Shown here one piece after another: positions 27,115-40,500 of a DNA stretch of 64,000 nucleotides (its first letter is position 1; each line of letters begins with the position of its first letter). The position numbers and the translations under genes are program-made. The notes under the pieces were generated by a model that ran no database searches, was not told the DNA's origin, and saw nothing but the letters and a program-made list of their open reading frames with translations. Where the stretch lies: positions 1 to 64,000 of IMG/VR virus record IMGVR_UViG_3300010885_046411. One strand, written 5' to 3'. The stretch is from a virus.

Positions 27115-28149
27115 ATGCCAATGCAAGAATCATATATCAACAAAATAATCAATGCCGATTGCATTGAAGGCATGAAAGCAATGCCAGACAACTCGGTGGA
27201 TTGCTGTATTACTAGCCCTCCTTACTTTGGCTTGAGAGACTATTTGGTAGATGGGCAAATAGGCTTAGAGCCTACACTGCCAGAGTATATACAAAACTTG
27301 GTTGCCGTTTTCAGAGAAGTGAAGCGTGTGTTAAAGTCAGAGGGCACACTTTGGCTTAACATGGGTGATAGCTATGCTGGCTCAGGCAAGGGGCGTAATA
27401 TTGATGGCACGGCACATGAGGCATCCTTGCTATCAAAGCAAGGGTCTAATGCTGGTACGGTTACTGGTAATATACAAGGCGGCTATACTCCCGAAGGGCT
27501 AAAACCAAAAGACCTTATGGGGGTGCCTTGGCGGCTTGCTTTTGCCCTACAAGACGATGGGTATTACTTACGTCAAGACATAATTTGGCACAAAACAAAC
27601 CCTATGCCAGAATCGGTAACTGACCGATGCACAAAATCTCACGAGTACATCTTCCTCTTGTCTAAGTCTAGCAGGTATTATTTTGACCATGAAGCCATAA
27701 AAGAGCCACTTGCTAATGCAAGCATTGGCAGAGCAGGCCGCAAACAAAATCTTATTGACCGTGAGGGGGTTGGTACTCTTGGTAAGCAAATTCTAAGTGG
27801 TGTAAATCAAGATAACGGGTATGCTGGCTTGGCTCAAGCCAGAAATGGCAAGACGGGATATGATTTAGAATATGGGATGCGTAGTAAGCGCAGCGTTTGG
27901 AGCGTATCTGTAAATTCTTTTTCAGGCGCTCACTTTGCCACGTTTCCAGAAGAATTGATTATCCCATGTGTGAAAGCGGGATGCCCTAAAGGGGGGCTTA
28001 TATTAGACCCATTCATGGGGGCTGGCACTACTGCCCTTGTGGCGGAATCACACGGTAGAAATTATGTAGGCTTTGAGTTAAACCCCGACTACATAAAAAT
28101 TGCCCAAAAGCGCATAGATGCGGCGTTTGGCATGTGGGCAAACAAGTAA
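27115..28149 (+). CDS. beta-class DNA methyltransferase (N4-C/N6-A)
   Basis: TSPPYF, IIWHK.NPMPES, HFATFP, LDPFMGAGTT. Confidence 0.93.
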   Translation: MPMQESYINKIINADCIEGMKAMPDNSVDCCITSPPYFGLRDYLVDGQIGLEPTLPEYIQNLVAVFREVKRVLKSEGTLWLNMGDSYAGSGKGRNIDGTAHEASLLSKQGSNAGTVTGNIQGGYTPEGLKPKDLMGVPWRLAFALQDDGYYLRQDIIWHKTNPMPESVTDRCTKSHEYIFLLSKSSRYYFDHEAIKEPLANASIGRAGRKQNLIDREGVGTLGKQILSGVNQDNGYAGLAQARNGKTGYDLEYGMRSKRSVWSVSVNSFSGAHFATFPEELIIPCVKAGCPKGGLILDPFMGAGTTALVAESHGRNYVGFELNPDYIKIAQKRIDAAFGMWANK

Positions 28150-28150
28150 T

Positions 28151-29497
28151 ATGCGTAACCGCAATACACAGTATTACGCCGTACAATCGTACACCAAGCG
28201 GTGTGGACGCAGCCCTTTCAAGCGGTTTGCGGATAGTGCCGCCATGCGCCATGCCGCCGAGGAAGCCAAACTACTAGCCGAGAAGATACGAGACCTGCCC
28301 ACCGATATGCCCCGTGCTATCATGTGGGACTTTGTAATGGATAGCCCCTTTTATCGGCTTATAGAGAAACGGCATAACCCTATGCCCTTCGGCATAGATT
28401 ATAGGGGATGCTCTGACGAGGGATTGTCTAGCCTGCTCTGGACAACACAAATGCAACATCAGCCCTCACAGAAATTACGTTGTGGGGAGTTATTTGGCTA
28501 CCAGCAAATGTTCATTGAGCAGTCTATGCTATACAAGCATAGGCCCGTAATGAGTGCCTTCTATGACCCCACCGTAAAGGCGGCTAAGATGCTCAATAGC
28601 TACTATGCCACCCTAAAGACGGAACGGCTGCCCTTCTTTTTGAAGATAGACAAACTCACCGAACTATATGGACAGGCCGCATGGGTGCATGAGGTTGTAT
28701 GGCGGCTATTACCCAACAGCAACTCTAAACATAGGGCTGCCGTAAGGTATCGGCTTAGGCACTTTATACGTTGGGGCTTCCCATTTGTAGATGGGGGGCT
28801 AGAGAATATCTTAGACGACATCCTTAACAATGGCATACACCCCCCAGAGTTCTATGCCAAGCAATACCGTAAACTAAACCCCGCCGCAGGCTACCAGAGA
28901 AAAACGCCCCGCCGTGAGCTTATGCAGACCTTGGATATGCGGCTAGATTCTCGCAAGAGCTTGGCGGCAAGTGTTTCCATAGTCAAGATGAGCAGGCGGG
29001 GGCACAACCTTGGCAGGCTGGCGTTAGAGTTCCCGATGTATTCGGTGGCAGAGATACGCAAGCTAACCAAGTTCCCACCCAATGATGTGCTTAATAAGAT
29101 ACGCAAGGATAGGTTTAACTTCCGCAAGAAGATAGTAGAGCCAGGCCGCAGGCTGGCAAAGGTTATGCCTACCCTTGTAAACACGGGGGAGATAGTGCCT
29201 ACGGTCAAACTGAATTTCCTTAGCCTAACCCCTTTCAGGATAAGCCGTGTATTTGGGGAGGAGTTGGTAAGGTATAGCACCGAGAACAACGATGGCCGCA
29301 CGCCAAGGTATTACAAGTATCTGTGCAGCCTTATGAAGGTGAAGATATTTTCACCGTTTAGAGATATACAGCCTGCCGAGGAGTACATCAAAAAGCAGAG
29401 GGGCTATAAGGGAACGCTTATCTTAACGGGCAAATACAAGAACATAGGCACGGGCAAAAAGGCAATACCTAGCCTAAATAGGCCAAAAGGCCGTTAA
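28151..29497 (+). CDS. hypothetical highly basic protein
   Basis: About 448 aa, R/K-rich; no recognised motif. Confidence 0.7.
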   Translation: MRNRNTQYYAVQSYTKRCGRSPFKRFADSAAMRHAAEEAKLLAEKIRDLPTDMPRAIMWDFVMDSPFYRLIEKRHNPMPFGIDYRGCSDEGLSSLLWTTQMQHQPSQKLRCGELFGYQQMFIEQSMLYKHRPVMSAFYDPTVKAAKMLNSYYATLKTERLPFFLKIDKLTELYGQAAWVHEVVWRLLPNSNSKHRAAVRYRLRHFIRWGFPFVDGGLENILDDILNNGIHPPEFYAKQYRKLNPAAGYQRKTPRRELMQTLDMRLDSRKSLAASVSIVKMSRRGHNLGRLALEFPMYSVAEIRKLTKFPPNDVLNKIRKDRFNFRKKIVEPGRRLAKVMPTLVNTGEIVPTVKLNFLSLTPFRISRVFGEELVRYSTENNDGRTPRYYKYLCSLMKVKIFSPFRDIQPAEEYIKKQRGYKGTLILTGKYKNIGTGKKAIPSLNRPKGR

Positions 29498-29552
29498 AGG
29501 ATAGGTATGCTGGCGTTGGTAGTATCTTTGTGTATAAGCATATTTACCTACG

Positions 29553-31529
29553 ATGGATAGCGGAACTTACGTGCCTTTGGGGCGAGATGGTACGGGTGAG
29601 GCAACGGTTATAGATACCACGCCTTTGATTAAGCTTGCGCTGCAACGCCAGAATAGTGCTGACAGGTATAAGGCTGCCCAAGCAAAGGCGCAAGGGGATG
29701 CGGATAAGCAGTTGCTAGACCAAGCCAAAACCCTATCGCAGGGGAATCATGGTATAATGGCAACGCTTTCTAACCCGCACCAAGATAGAATTGTCAATGA
29801 AGTGCAACAAGGGCTTGCTAAAGGTACAATCAATGGCAAGGGGATAGCAAGCGCACAAATGACTTTGGCTGGTGTGCAAAGCAGAGATGATGCAGCTAAT
29901 GAATTGTATAAGGGCTATGTCGATGCTATTCAAAAAAATGGTGGTAATGCTGACGCTTTCACAAATAGATTTTTGCAATCTCAAATAGACCATCATAGGC
30001 AAGGCAACGCAAGGCAAGATTTTGATGAGACAACTATGATGCACGATGCGTTCAGAAATTCCTTAACAGAATCCGATGCAACTAACGCTTATCTATCTCA
30101 TAGGGCAGGAGGCGGGGATAAGCCTGGTCTTACAGCATTTAGCTACACGCCACAAAATTCTAAGGTTGGCCCTTACGGCTCTGTTAAAGAATCAAGTTTG
30201 TCATTGTTTCTCCCTCGTTTAGTTAAAGATAAAGATGGTCGCGTAATTGATTACTATAAAAGAACTTCTAACGGGCGGCAAAGGTACGATATAGACCCCC
30301 AAAGGGTTTTAGATTACGAAAGGTCTAACCCTGATTATGCGGCGGCAATGATAACGCCTAACCTCGAAGCGTCAAGAAAAGAATTAGAAACGGAACACCC
30401 TGGTGTTACGCCTACCGACCTTGAGATAAAGACAAATGCTTTTGAACTTGCTTTGCACCATAAGGGGGTTGAGCTAGGGGCTGGTAGTGTAAAAGACGGT
30501 TACCACTACAATCCTACCCCGCCCAATGGCTCTGGAAAAACAGCCGCCCAGAAAAACTCTCAAATCATTCTTACCCCAACAAAGGTAAATGATAAGTCTA
30601 TTGCGCAAGGCTCTACCTCTGATAGGCGTGTTTTCCCAAGCGGAGGTGCTTACGTGCCTAGAACAGCAGGCGGCAAAGATTTAACGGTAGGACAAATAAA
30701 CTCTACGGTATATGCAGTTAAGGGGGCTACAACGGTTCCGATAGATGTTAGAAATGCTACCAAATTTGTAGTAGGGCCAATTCGCCCTATGTATGTTGCT
30801 GACCCTGAATCTGGCCCTGTTCCCGAAAAGCCCAATCCTAATTATGTAAAAGATATTAGTGATGCATATAATAAAGCTAAAACTGCTCGTGCAGAATATA
30901 ATAAGCATAAAGACCCTGAACTAAAAAAAGTGTTAGAATATGCGCAAGAAAAATACTTGCAGGTAAAAGAATCAAAATATGTTCCATATAATGCAGGGGA
31001 GCCTATACTTGCGCAACCCAAGAGTTTTTATGGTAGGATTAACCCTGCAACTGGTGCGCCCTATGGGATGCGTAGAGCATTGGTAGTTTCGTTAAGTCCT
31101 TCTATTAACTCTGTTGCAGAATTTACATCAGAATCCCAAGGGCAAAACGATATGGGTGATTTTAATAATACAACTACGTCAGAAAGGCCGATAAAATCTT
31201 TTGGGACTGTATATGCGCCACTAGACCAAGTTCCAGAAGTTGAAGGACTGTTTACGCCAGAGCAGAAGCAAAAGTTGATGGCTGACATGGATAAGCACCT
31301 TGCTAACGGAGGCCACGCCACCATGCTTAGGAATTACAATATTGGGAATGGAACCCCCGCACGGCAAGCTGCAACCGCCCCTGCTAAAGTCGAACCTGTC
31401 AAAGCGCATCCAGAACCTAAGCCAGCAGCACGCACGGCGGCACCTGCCCCCGCACAGCCACAGCCAACACAAGCCCTCCCTGCTAAGGCAAAGGCTATTA
31501 GCGACAAGTTAAAAAACTACAACCCGTAA
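29553..31529 (+). CDS. putative virion cargo/ejection protein
   Basis: 658 aa directly upstream of the giant gene; Pro/Ala-rich tail. Confidence 0.55.
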   Translation: MDSGTYVPLGRDGTGEATVIDTTPLIKLALQRQNSADRYKAAQAKAQGDADKQLLDQAKTLSQGNHGIMATLSNPHQDRIVNEVQQGLAKGTINGKGIASAQMTLAGVQSRDDAANELYKGYVDAIQKNGGNADAFTNRFLQSQIDHHRQGNARQDFDETTMMHDAFRNSLTESDATNAYLSHRAGGGDKPGLTAFSYTPQNSKVGPYGSVKESSLSLFLPRLVKDKDGRVIDYYKRTSNGRQRYDIDPQRVLDYERSNPDYAAAMITPNLEASRKELETEHPGVTPTDLEIKTNAFELALHHKGVELGAGSVKDGYHYNPTPPNGSGKTAAQKNSQIILTPTKVNDKSIAQGSTSDRRVFPSGGAYVPRTAGGKDLTVGQINSTVYAVKGATTVPIDVRNATKFVVGPIRPMYVADPESGPVPEKPNPNYVKDISDAYNKAKTARAEYNKHKDPELKKVLEYAQEKYLQVKESKYVPYNAGEPILAQPKSFYGRINPATGAPYGMRRALVVSLSPSINSVAEFTSESQGQNDMGDFNNTTTSERPIKSFGTVYAPLDQVPEVEGLFTPEQKQKLMADMDKHLANGGHATMLRNYNIGNGTPARQAATAPAKVEPVKAHPEPKPAARTAAPAPAQPQPTQALPAKAKAISDKLKNYNP

Positions 31530-34500
31530 ATGAACGAACCACAAGTACCGAATGATGGGCAGCCTACCGCCCCTTCTTTGCAGCCCGTATATGAATACTT
31601 GGCTCGTGATAAGGGGTTTAAGGATATTGTGCCCACCTATCAGGATTTTGTAGAGGCAAAAGACACAGAGGGTATGCTTTTGCATATATCTAAAGTGTAT
31701 GATAAAGACAAAACCTTTGCGACTATGCTTGACAAGGGAGTAGATGCTAAAACCGTGGCTGCCGAGCGGCAGCGTGCAGAGGCAGATAATCGCATACAAC
31801 AAAGGGAGTCGCAGGTTATTTCTCGTGCTAAAGATATAGCCCAAGAATTGTCGGCTACCGTGCGCCCTAAAAAATCAGGAGACGTAGATTACGCAGGCAA
31901 GGCCACATTAGGGCAATTATATGATTACTTTTCTGGTGCTGGTGGCGATTTTCAAAAGAATTTTCCGACAGAAAAAGATTTGCACCAAATTACAAAAACA
32001 CCCGAATTTCGTAAAACGCTTAAAGATGCTTATACGAAAGACCCCAACTTCAAACAACTAATTGATACGGGTACATACCCTGACCAAAGGCCAAGCAAAC
32101 GGCCTCAAAACGAGATGCAGCAGATGATATTTGATGTATCTCAGCAGCAGCAAGACCCTAACGAGACTAAGGTATCAGCAGGCTACAACCCCATAAAAAT
32201 TAAAGCCTTTGGGAAACAGTTTGAAGCACCGCGTATGCTATCAAACTTGGTTGCGTCTGCGGCTATCAATTTAACTAGGGGCGTAATTGGCGGCATATCT
32301 ACGTTTGTCGGTGCTGCTGGGCAGGGGATGAAGGCGTTTAGAGATATGGGGAACGCTGCAACGGGGCAAGGCGAAGAAGGCGTTGAGGCAGGATATTTAG
32401 AGCGCAAGGCCCAAGAAGTATTTGAAGGGGGTGCTAAACTAGCCAATTATGGCAGCGAGAAAGGGCAACAAGCCTTTGCGAATAGTGGTGTACCCCTAGA
32501 ATCTGGCGGCGTAGTAACCGACCCCAGTGCGGGGGCAGGCACAATAGCCAAGTCGGCGGCGGGATATGTGGCAGGGCAATTAACAAATTCACTGCCTTAC
32601 ATAGTCCCCTATCTGGCTGGCCCCGCCGCAGGGTTTGCGACAAATGTCGTGCAGATGTCTGGCGATAATACGCAAAACGCCTACGACAAACTAAAGAACA
32701 AGATAACGCAAGAAAACGGCGGCATACCCGCAACGGATGAGCAGGTATTAGAAAGTAAGCAACTAAACCCTATCATCTCTGTTATTGCCGCCGTGCCAGA
32801 GGCCGCTATTGAGCGATATTTTGGCGAGGGCTTCTTGGTAAAGAACTTAACAGAGGCGGTTGCCGCCAAGAAACTAAAGCAACTTGTCGCTGAAAAGGGG
32901 CAGGCAGGGCTTAAAGAGTTTGCACAAAAATACCTAAACAAGAATTTCGCCAAGGAATTTGCTGTTAATTTGGCAAAAGACGTTGCTGGCGAAGAAGTAC
33001 AATCAGGTATAGAGGCTACGCAAGGCAGCTATCAGGCTGGCACCCCACAAACCGATGCAGGCGGCGGGGCAGACCGAAAAGTATATACAGAGACGTTGGC
33101 GGCGGCGGGTGCGCTAGGCGTAGGGCTTGCTGCGGCACCTGCTATAATCAACTCCGTTAAAAGCAAAGGCCCAGCCCCCATAACCGAGCAAACCGCCGCC
33201 TCAATGGCTGGCGCATACACCATGCCCAATGCCCCCAAGGCAAGCCCACAGAAAGGGGCTGGCGTGGTTGATGCTATCAACGGCATACTTATAGATGCCG
33301 AGCCTAGCAAGTCTCGTAGTGCGGCAATGAAGGCCGTTCTGGAGGATGCTATGGAGCATGACGATGTGCCCATAACAACGCAAGACTTGGCGGGGCTATC
33401 TACAACGACAGAGGCAGGTACAGATATAGTATCTAGGCTGCGCCCCGATGAGGAAGGTAATCTAACCCTTGTGCAAGATGGGGAGGAGTTGCGGCCTCTA
33501 ACCAAAGAAGAAAGCGATGAGGCCAGCACCTTTGCTACGGCGAATTTATTGATAGGCGTTCATGCAGGCAGCCTAACCAAGGCTCATGCCAGAGTATTGA
33601 CGGACATCCTAGATGGGGCTGCGATAGCGCAAGCCAAGCAGTCTGCCGTTAATGACGATGGCTCACCCAAGAACCCGTTAGCCCTAGCGGCTGATAATGC
33701 CCTTACAGCCCTAAAAGGTATAGCCGACAAGAATGTCTTAGATACCGAAAGCGGCAAGGTAAAAGAGGGCGAAGTGCCCCAAGAGTTGCAATGGCAACGT
33801 GAGGCACTAGATAATATAGGTTCTATGCAGGCGGGGGATGTGTTTCGTGCTATGGATGCCGACATGGTATTTAATGGCATAGATGCCGATGGCAATGTAT
33901 CTATCACAGATAATAACGGGGCCACATTGACGCTTGCGCCAGAGCAAGTGGCGGGACTTATGACGGCCCAACGTGCCACTGATGCGGATGTGGCCGCACA
34001 GAAAGAGGCCGTATCGGCCTATGGCAATATACCCGCAAGCAGCCCTGCGTATGAGCCATTACGGGCAATGAAAGACTTCACGAAGTCTATGCGTGCTGCG
34101 TTCCCCAACTTGCAGGTTATTGCCGACAAGGGCGAGATGGATGCTGTAATCAACAAGAAAGGTATAGCCCTAAAAGATGGCGATACAGTCTATGGGTTTG
34201 TGCATAATGGCAAGGTGTACTTAGACCCCGACAAGGTTACAAAAGACACCCCTGCCCATGAGATACTAGGGCACGTACACAATAAACTGATGAAAGAGCA
34301 GATGCCTGACCTATATACTAAACTTACGGGTTTAGTTGGGCAGACACCGCTATATCAAGAGGTTGCTGATGATGAGTTCTATAAGGCACGTATAGCCGAT
34401 GGCTCTATGACCGCCGATGATATTGCCGAGGAGGCGTTGGCGCAGTTTATAGCCAAGCACTACGGCAACCAACAATCCCCGTATGTGGGCACACGTTGGT

Positions 34501-37500
34501 ATGAGAAATTGGCGGAGATAATCGGCAAGGCATGGCGTAAACTGTTCGGCAAAACGAAGCAGTTGGCAGACCTATCCCCTGCCGATATACAAACCCTAAC
34601 GCTAGAATCTTTTGGGGATTTGTTGAACCAAGAGGTTAAGCGTGGGCAGTCTAGCATAGCCCAAAAAGGCGGTAAGGCAACGAACGCTACTGACATATCT
34701 TTGAACCTTGCCAGCGGAGTAGTACCGCAAGCAACAAACACTCAAGCAAATGAGAATTTACCCCAGACCAGCAACCAAGAACCAGCCAATGCTGGACTTC
34801 GGCAATCGCAAACAGAAGCATCAACTCAGCGAGCAGGAGTTGAACAGTCTCCACAAAATGCTTACCGACGAGAAGAAGCAAGGGAAGCCCTCAAACAACT
34901 AAGTAAAGACGGCGTTCTAGTAAGCTCGGCTAAAACTGGCAGCACGGGCAAGCCTATGACAGAGGCAGAAATAGATGGGCAAATGGCCCTTCTTGATGCT
35001 ATGTCTAATGTATGGAGCAAGACGACAGGTAAAAACAACTTCTACGAGACGTTTATTTCAGACATCAAACGGGGCGACATAGCCTACGTTAAAAGTCTGG
35101 GCGGGGTTTTGTTCCAAGATGAAAGCGACCCTAAGCGGCCCACTTCTACCGTTTCCTTAGCCATATTCAAAGAACAGCAGTTTGAGAAGATGGTGGGGCA
35201 GAACGTATCTCCCCAATCTATAAAGGACTTTATTAAAGGCCGTGGCAAGCAAATTGAGAGAGATATAATCAACGAAGTCCTTGACTACGACAAGTATCAA
35301 GGCCAGAAACGTATATCTTTCAACGAGTTCAAGGCTGACGTAGAAATCCAAGTTATGAAACTTGAGAAGATACGCACGCAGTCTTATGCAACTTATGGCC
35401 GAGAAAACCTTGGCTCATCAAGAGATTATGGCGACGCAGAAACGGTCATTTTCAACTCGCCAATAAATCACGGCGAAAAAGGGCACTTTAGCGGGGACTT
35501 TGACACTTCTGGCTTATCTGATAAAGAGTGGGAGGTAAGACAAATCCCTGGCACAGACACCTATGCGGCTGTTGATAAAGCCATGCCTGCGGGTGCCACA
35601 CAGGCTGAAATCCAACAATATGTAGGTACGGCTGGAACCGAGGCAGATGTAAAGAGGTGGGTTGAGCGAAGAAATGCAGCACTAGGGACACCTATAAACG
35701 AAGGTTTGTTTGGCCATATTAGGTCTTGGTTTAACAAGGCCACGGGCGTATTTCACTTAGCAGAGGCCCAAAGCGACTACTTCCAAAAAAACAAAGCATC
35801 AGAACTGCTTGCTGCTAGTGTGCCGCAGGATGAAGTAGATGAGTACATGAATAGGGAGGTTTGGAAGCCTTTTCACCAAAAATATGCCCAAGAAATCAAA
35901 GAAAACACTCAAATCAAAAGTGCATTTAAAGACAATGCTTGGGAGTTCTATGACAAGAATGGAACTATTGTAAATAGAAAACCGCTAAACCGTAAGCCAT
36001 TTATTGGCTATGAAGAGGGGGAACACGAGGAAGCCAATGGATTGTCTATTGCATTATCTCGCTTGGCCAGAACCGAAGTGAGCGTACTAGAACGCACACG
36101 GAATACTGGTATGGTTTTCACTGTTAATGTAGAGCCTGGCAATATAGAGCGAAGACAATTTGAGTTCAAAACAAGAGAAGAAGCAGAATCCTTTTCACTT
36201 GAATATGGACGTTATATCTCGGAAACCAAAGAGTATTCTGATGATTTGTATGATAGATACAAAAAAGAAAAGATTGCCCTTGAGATAAAGGAGCAAGAGT
36301 ATATTAACAAACGGGTTGAGGAGTTAAAAACTCAGAAGCCCCCACTGGTTCTAAAGCAATTCGTTGCTTCTCAGAAGGTACATGAACTGCGCCTATTCAG
36401 AGAGGCCATTAAACACGCCGCCGAGGAGGGGGCTACAACTCTGCGTTTCCCATCTCCCTACACCATAGCGGTTATAGAGGGGTATGTGAGTGGGGGCGGT
36501 AACGGCGCACCATATACCATTGAACAAGGTGATTCTGACCGATTGTATGCGGGGGATGTTATTGACTATGGCGGCACCCGAATGACCGTAGTAGATTCAG
36601 ACCGCTACAGCATAACTGTTGCGCCATCAGATGAGGTATATAACTATGATGTTTATGAGTATATATATAGCGAGGCCACGAAGCGTATTTATCAAATAGA
36701 ATATGAGGGGAAAAACCATTTTGCCGACATAGAAAACATAACCGCCGAAGATATCGCCTCTTATGAGCCTGACGAATGGATGGGAAATGTTGCTAAGGAC
36801 TTGCTCCAAGAGGCCATTGATAATGCCAAAGATGGCGAAACCGTGGCATGGCGTGATATTGAAAGTGAATTAGAAAGAATGGTAAGAGACAGTTACTCAG
36901 ACGAATCATTAGAAGATTTGTTTTTTGGGTATCAAGCCATCTATGCATACGGTAACGACTATGTATATGTAGTTAAAGGACGCGGCAGCGTGGAAACACT
37001 CCAACAGCCAGATGAGTACGAGGCGGTATCTAACGCAGATAATTATGAAGAAAACCTGTCCTCTGAACAAAAAACAGTTGTAAGCAAATACAAAGAAATG
37101 GGCGAGGCGATTGTGAAGATGCGCCCAGATGCGAGCATTGTAACCGACGACAACGGTTTTGATTGGCTAGAAACCAAAATAACACCAGCAGATATCAGTA
37201 ACCCTGTTATTGCCTTCCAGCAAGAGGGGGCTAAGATTAAAGGGGCTGTTGATTTTGTTAGTGATAACAAAGCCACCATACACCTATTTGATGGAGCTGA
37301 TGTATCTACGCTGGCCCACGAAATAGGTGGACACATAGGGCGTAGGATGCTAGAAAAGATGGCTGAAACATCGCCTAAGTTTGCCAAAGACTACGAAACT
37401 GCCAAGAAATGGGCGGGTGCTAAAGACGGGGTATGGACTACAGCCGCCGAAGAAAAGTTTGCTCGTGGATTTGAGAAGTACCTACTGGAAGGCAAAGCCC

Positions 37501-40500
37501 CAAATGATGCGCTTAAAAACGTATTTAAGATGTTTGCCAAGTGGCTTACAAATATCTACCAGCACATTAAAGGCAGCAGCATAGACATAGAACTAACGCC
37601 AGAGATACGTCAGGTGTTTGACAACTTGCTTGCTGACCAATCCTCAACTACCGAATCTGCCCAACCTCTCACTACCCCCCAAAAGCCGAAACAAGAAGGC
37701 CCAATATTTGCAGACTTAGCAACTTTTGTTAAAACGCTATCCGAGGCAGACGCAAAAGAGTATGCACGATATGAAGACATAGCGTACAGGCTGGCTGCTA
37801 TGCAAGGCAGAGAGCAGGGCTATAAACCGTATGAGGTATCTAAGGCAGAGCGACAAGAGTACGCAGCCTTAGAACAAAAGTTTGACACTATGTTTGCTAA
37901 TTTTGCAGCAGAGGTTTATAAAGAGGATGAAGAATCGGCAAAAGAAATAGACATTGCGGCGAAAAAATTAAACGGTATAATTAAAAATCTTAAATACCCA
38001 GAATCTATTAAGGAAATAATAAGAAAAAGATTTGGATTAAATAGCAATGGCAACTATGTTTCTTCTATACCATTTGATACACTTGTAAAGTACAACGAGT
38101 TTTCCAGAACAACAAAATTTATAAAAGATATTTTTGCTGAATTACTAAGAGAAAAATATGGAGAATTTTCTAAACAGTATTCACATGAACTAGATAAAAT
38201 GTATAATCAAGTTAATTATTATATGCAAAGATTGCTGGATTCTGAGGGAGATGGTAGTGCACTGGTTGATGAAATACCTGAAGTTTCAAAAATTGCTAAT
38301 ATAGAAATCCATATACAAGATTTGTTTAATGAATTAGATAAGTCGGCTTTGAATGTTGCTTCGGCAGAAGAAAAATCTGAACCCAAGGGCAAAAAAGAGA
38401 GCGGAATAAAAGAAAAAAATTACCAACTTCAGCATCGTATAACCAAAGATGAGACTTCATCTACTTTAGATGACCTTACTCAAGGGTCTTCACCTTCTGA
38501 TATCTACACGAACATTGGACAATATGCAAACCTTTCTGAGAAATCATATCAAGAGTCCGTTAAAGCCGTAAAAGCGGCCAAAGGCAATCCCGATGCTATT
38601 GTTACCATATACCGTAGCGTACCCAAAGGTGTATCTGCTATAAATGCTGGAGACTGGGTTTCGTTGTCAAAAACCTATGCTACCGAACATGGGTATCACG
38701 AAACAGACCAAAGCCAAGATATGCCTGTTATATCAATGCAGGTAAAAGCTAAAGATGTTGTTTGGGATGGCAATGACCTTAATGAGTTTGCTTACTTCCC
38801 AAATGACATAAGGTTTTCTGCAACAACTGAAACCACAGCCGAAGAAAGCGGGGAATCCGAAAAGCCTAGCGGCCCCTTCAAAGACAGCCCCGCTATGTCC
38901 AAGGCCCAAGACGATAAAAAAGAAGCCGAGACAGCCCTTGCCGAAGCACAGAAGCGTGGGCAAAAGTCTCTTATAGACAAGGCAAAAGAGGAACTAGCCA
39001 AGGCCCAACTGGCCTACGATACCGAGTTTGGGAAGTATGTAGAGGCTAAAACGCCTGAACTATACATTAACTTAACCCGCCTATTTGAGGAGGCTACCAA
39101 CCGCAAACGCACCAAAGAGCAACTAGAGCGTGGCGAGGCAAACAAGTTCTTCGTTAAGGCTCTATTCTCAAAGCGGCCCGAAATCTCGGACATGAAGAAA
39201 TTTGGGCTGCTAAATAAGCAATTAGCAGACCTAGATGCCCTATCTGAACATGCCATACAGACACGCACCAACTACGTCCGTGATTTGGTGGATGGGCTAA
39301 CGGCCCCGCAGATACACCACATGGTACGCTATATTATACTTAGCGACGTAGTGGGGGCATACGATGAGAAATATAGGGGTGCCGATGGGTTGCGTGAGAA
39401 ACTATTGCCCTTGGCTCTGTCGGAGGCGCAGGCCCGTGAGCAGTTTGCCACGTATAAGGCATGGCTAGATGATAGCCCTATTGTTAAAGAGCGTGTAGAG
39501 TGGCGCAGGCAATACCTCAAGAACCTATACAATGAAGCTGTAAAATACGGCCTAGCCACGTCTTTTATCACAGACATAAAAGATGAAAATGAGCAATACT
39601 ATGAGTGGTTCCACCGTAGTATTATGAAGTATGAAGATGGCGAGGGCGGCAAGGCTGGCAGAAAATATACCGAATCCTTAAATGCCACCCTAAAGCATAA
39701 TGCCTTTAGGGAACGTGCTGGCTCGGATGCCGACTACGATATACGCCTTGGTACGATAGATGGCAATGTGGTGGCAGCCCTAACGTATGCGGTAGAACGC
39801 CGTAAGATAGCCATAGAAATGATGGCCCCGTATGTCCAAAAGACTATGGATGTTAAGGAGGCACTAGAGAACTTCAAAAAAACTAGCTCGGCTTTCTTGA
39901 ACTTGACGCTGCTGATAAATCATATTACTGCCAAAATAGCTGACATCAATAAAATAGGCAGCCAAAATAGCGCAAAGCAGTCTTTAATACGGGCCAAGCA
40001 AGTAGAACTTGTGAGGGATAACCCAGAGCATATTGCCCTATTAAAAGAAATGGCAACCCTGCGCAAGCAGTCTAAAGCCTACCAAGATGCTCTATCTCAA
40101 TACGATAAAGCCCTAGCGCAAGCCCCGCTTGTAGAAAAGCGCAAGGCTGTATCGGAGGCAAAGAGGAAACTAACATCTCTTAAAAAGGCTGGAAATAAAT
40201 ACCAGTCCGAAAAACCCAAGTCTGGCATTGCAGTATATAGCAAGGAGGATGGCTCAAGGAAAGCCTATACCCCCCAATATGTTTTCGCTAAGATAGCCTA
40301 CGAAGAAGCAGAAAATGAGTACGCTACAGCCCTTGGCAACTTCGGCCCTGCCAACGAGGCTGCCGTAGCCAAGGCTAAAGCATTGTCGGAGATTGAGGGC
40401 TACCAAGCCCTGATGAATAAAGATAAAGAGGTTGTAGATGCCATAAAGGCAAGCGATGAGTTTACGACCTTAACCAAGCGAGCCGAAGACCTTAAAAAGC

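Noticed and set aside
33860-33900. GIDADGN as an RNA polymerase DxDGD motif
   Set aside because: Lacks the third aspartate and the surrounding context.
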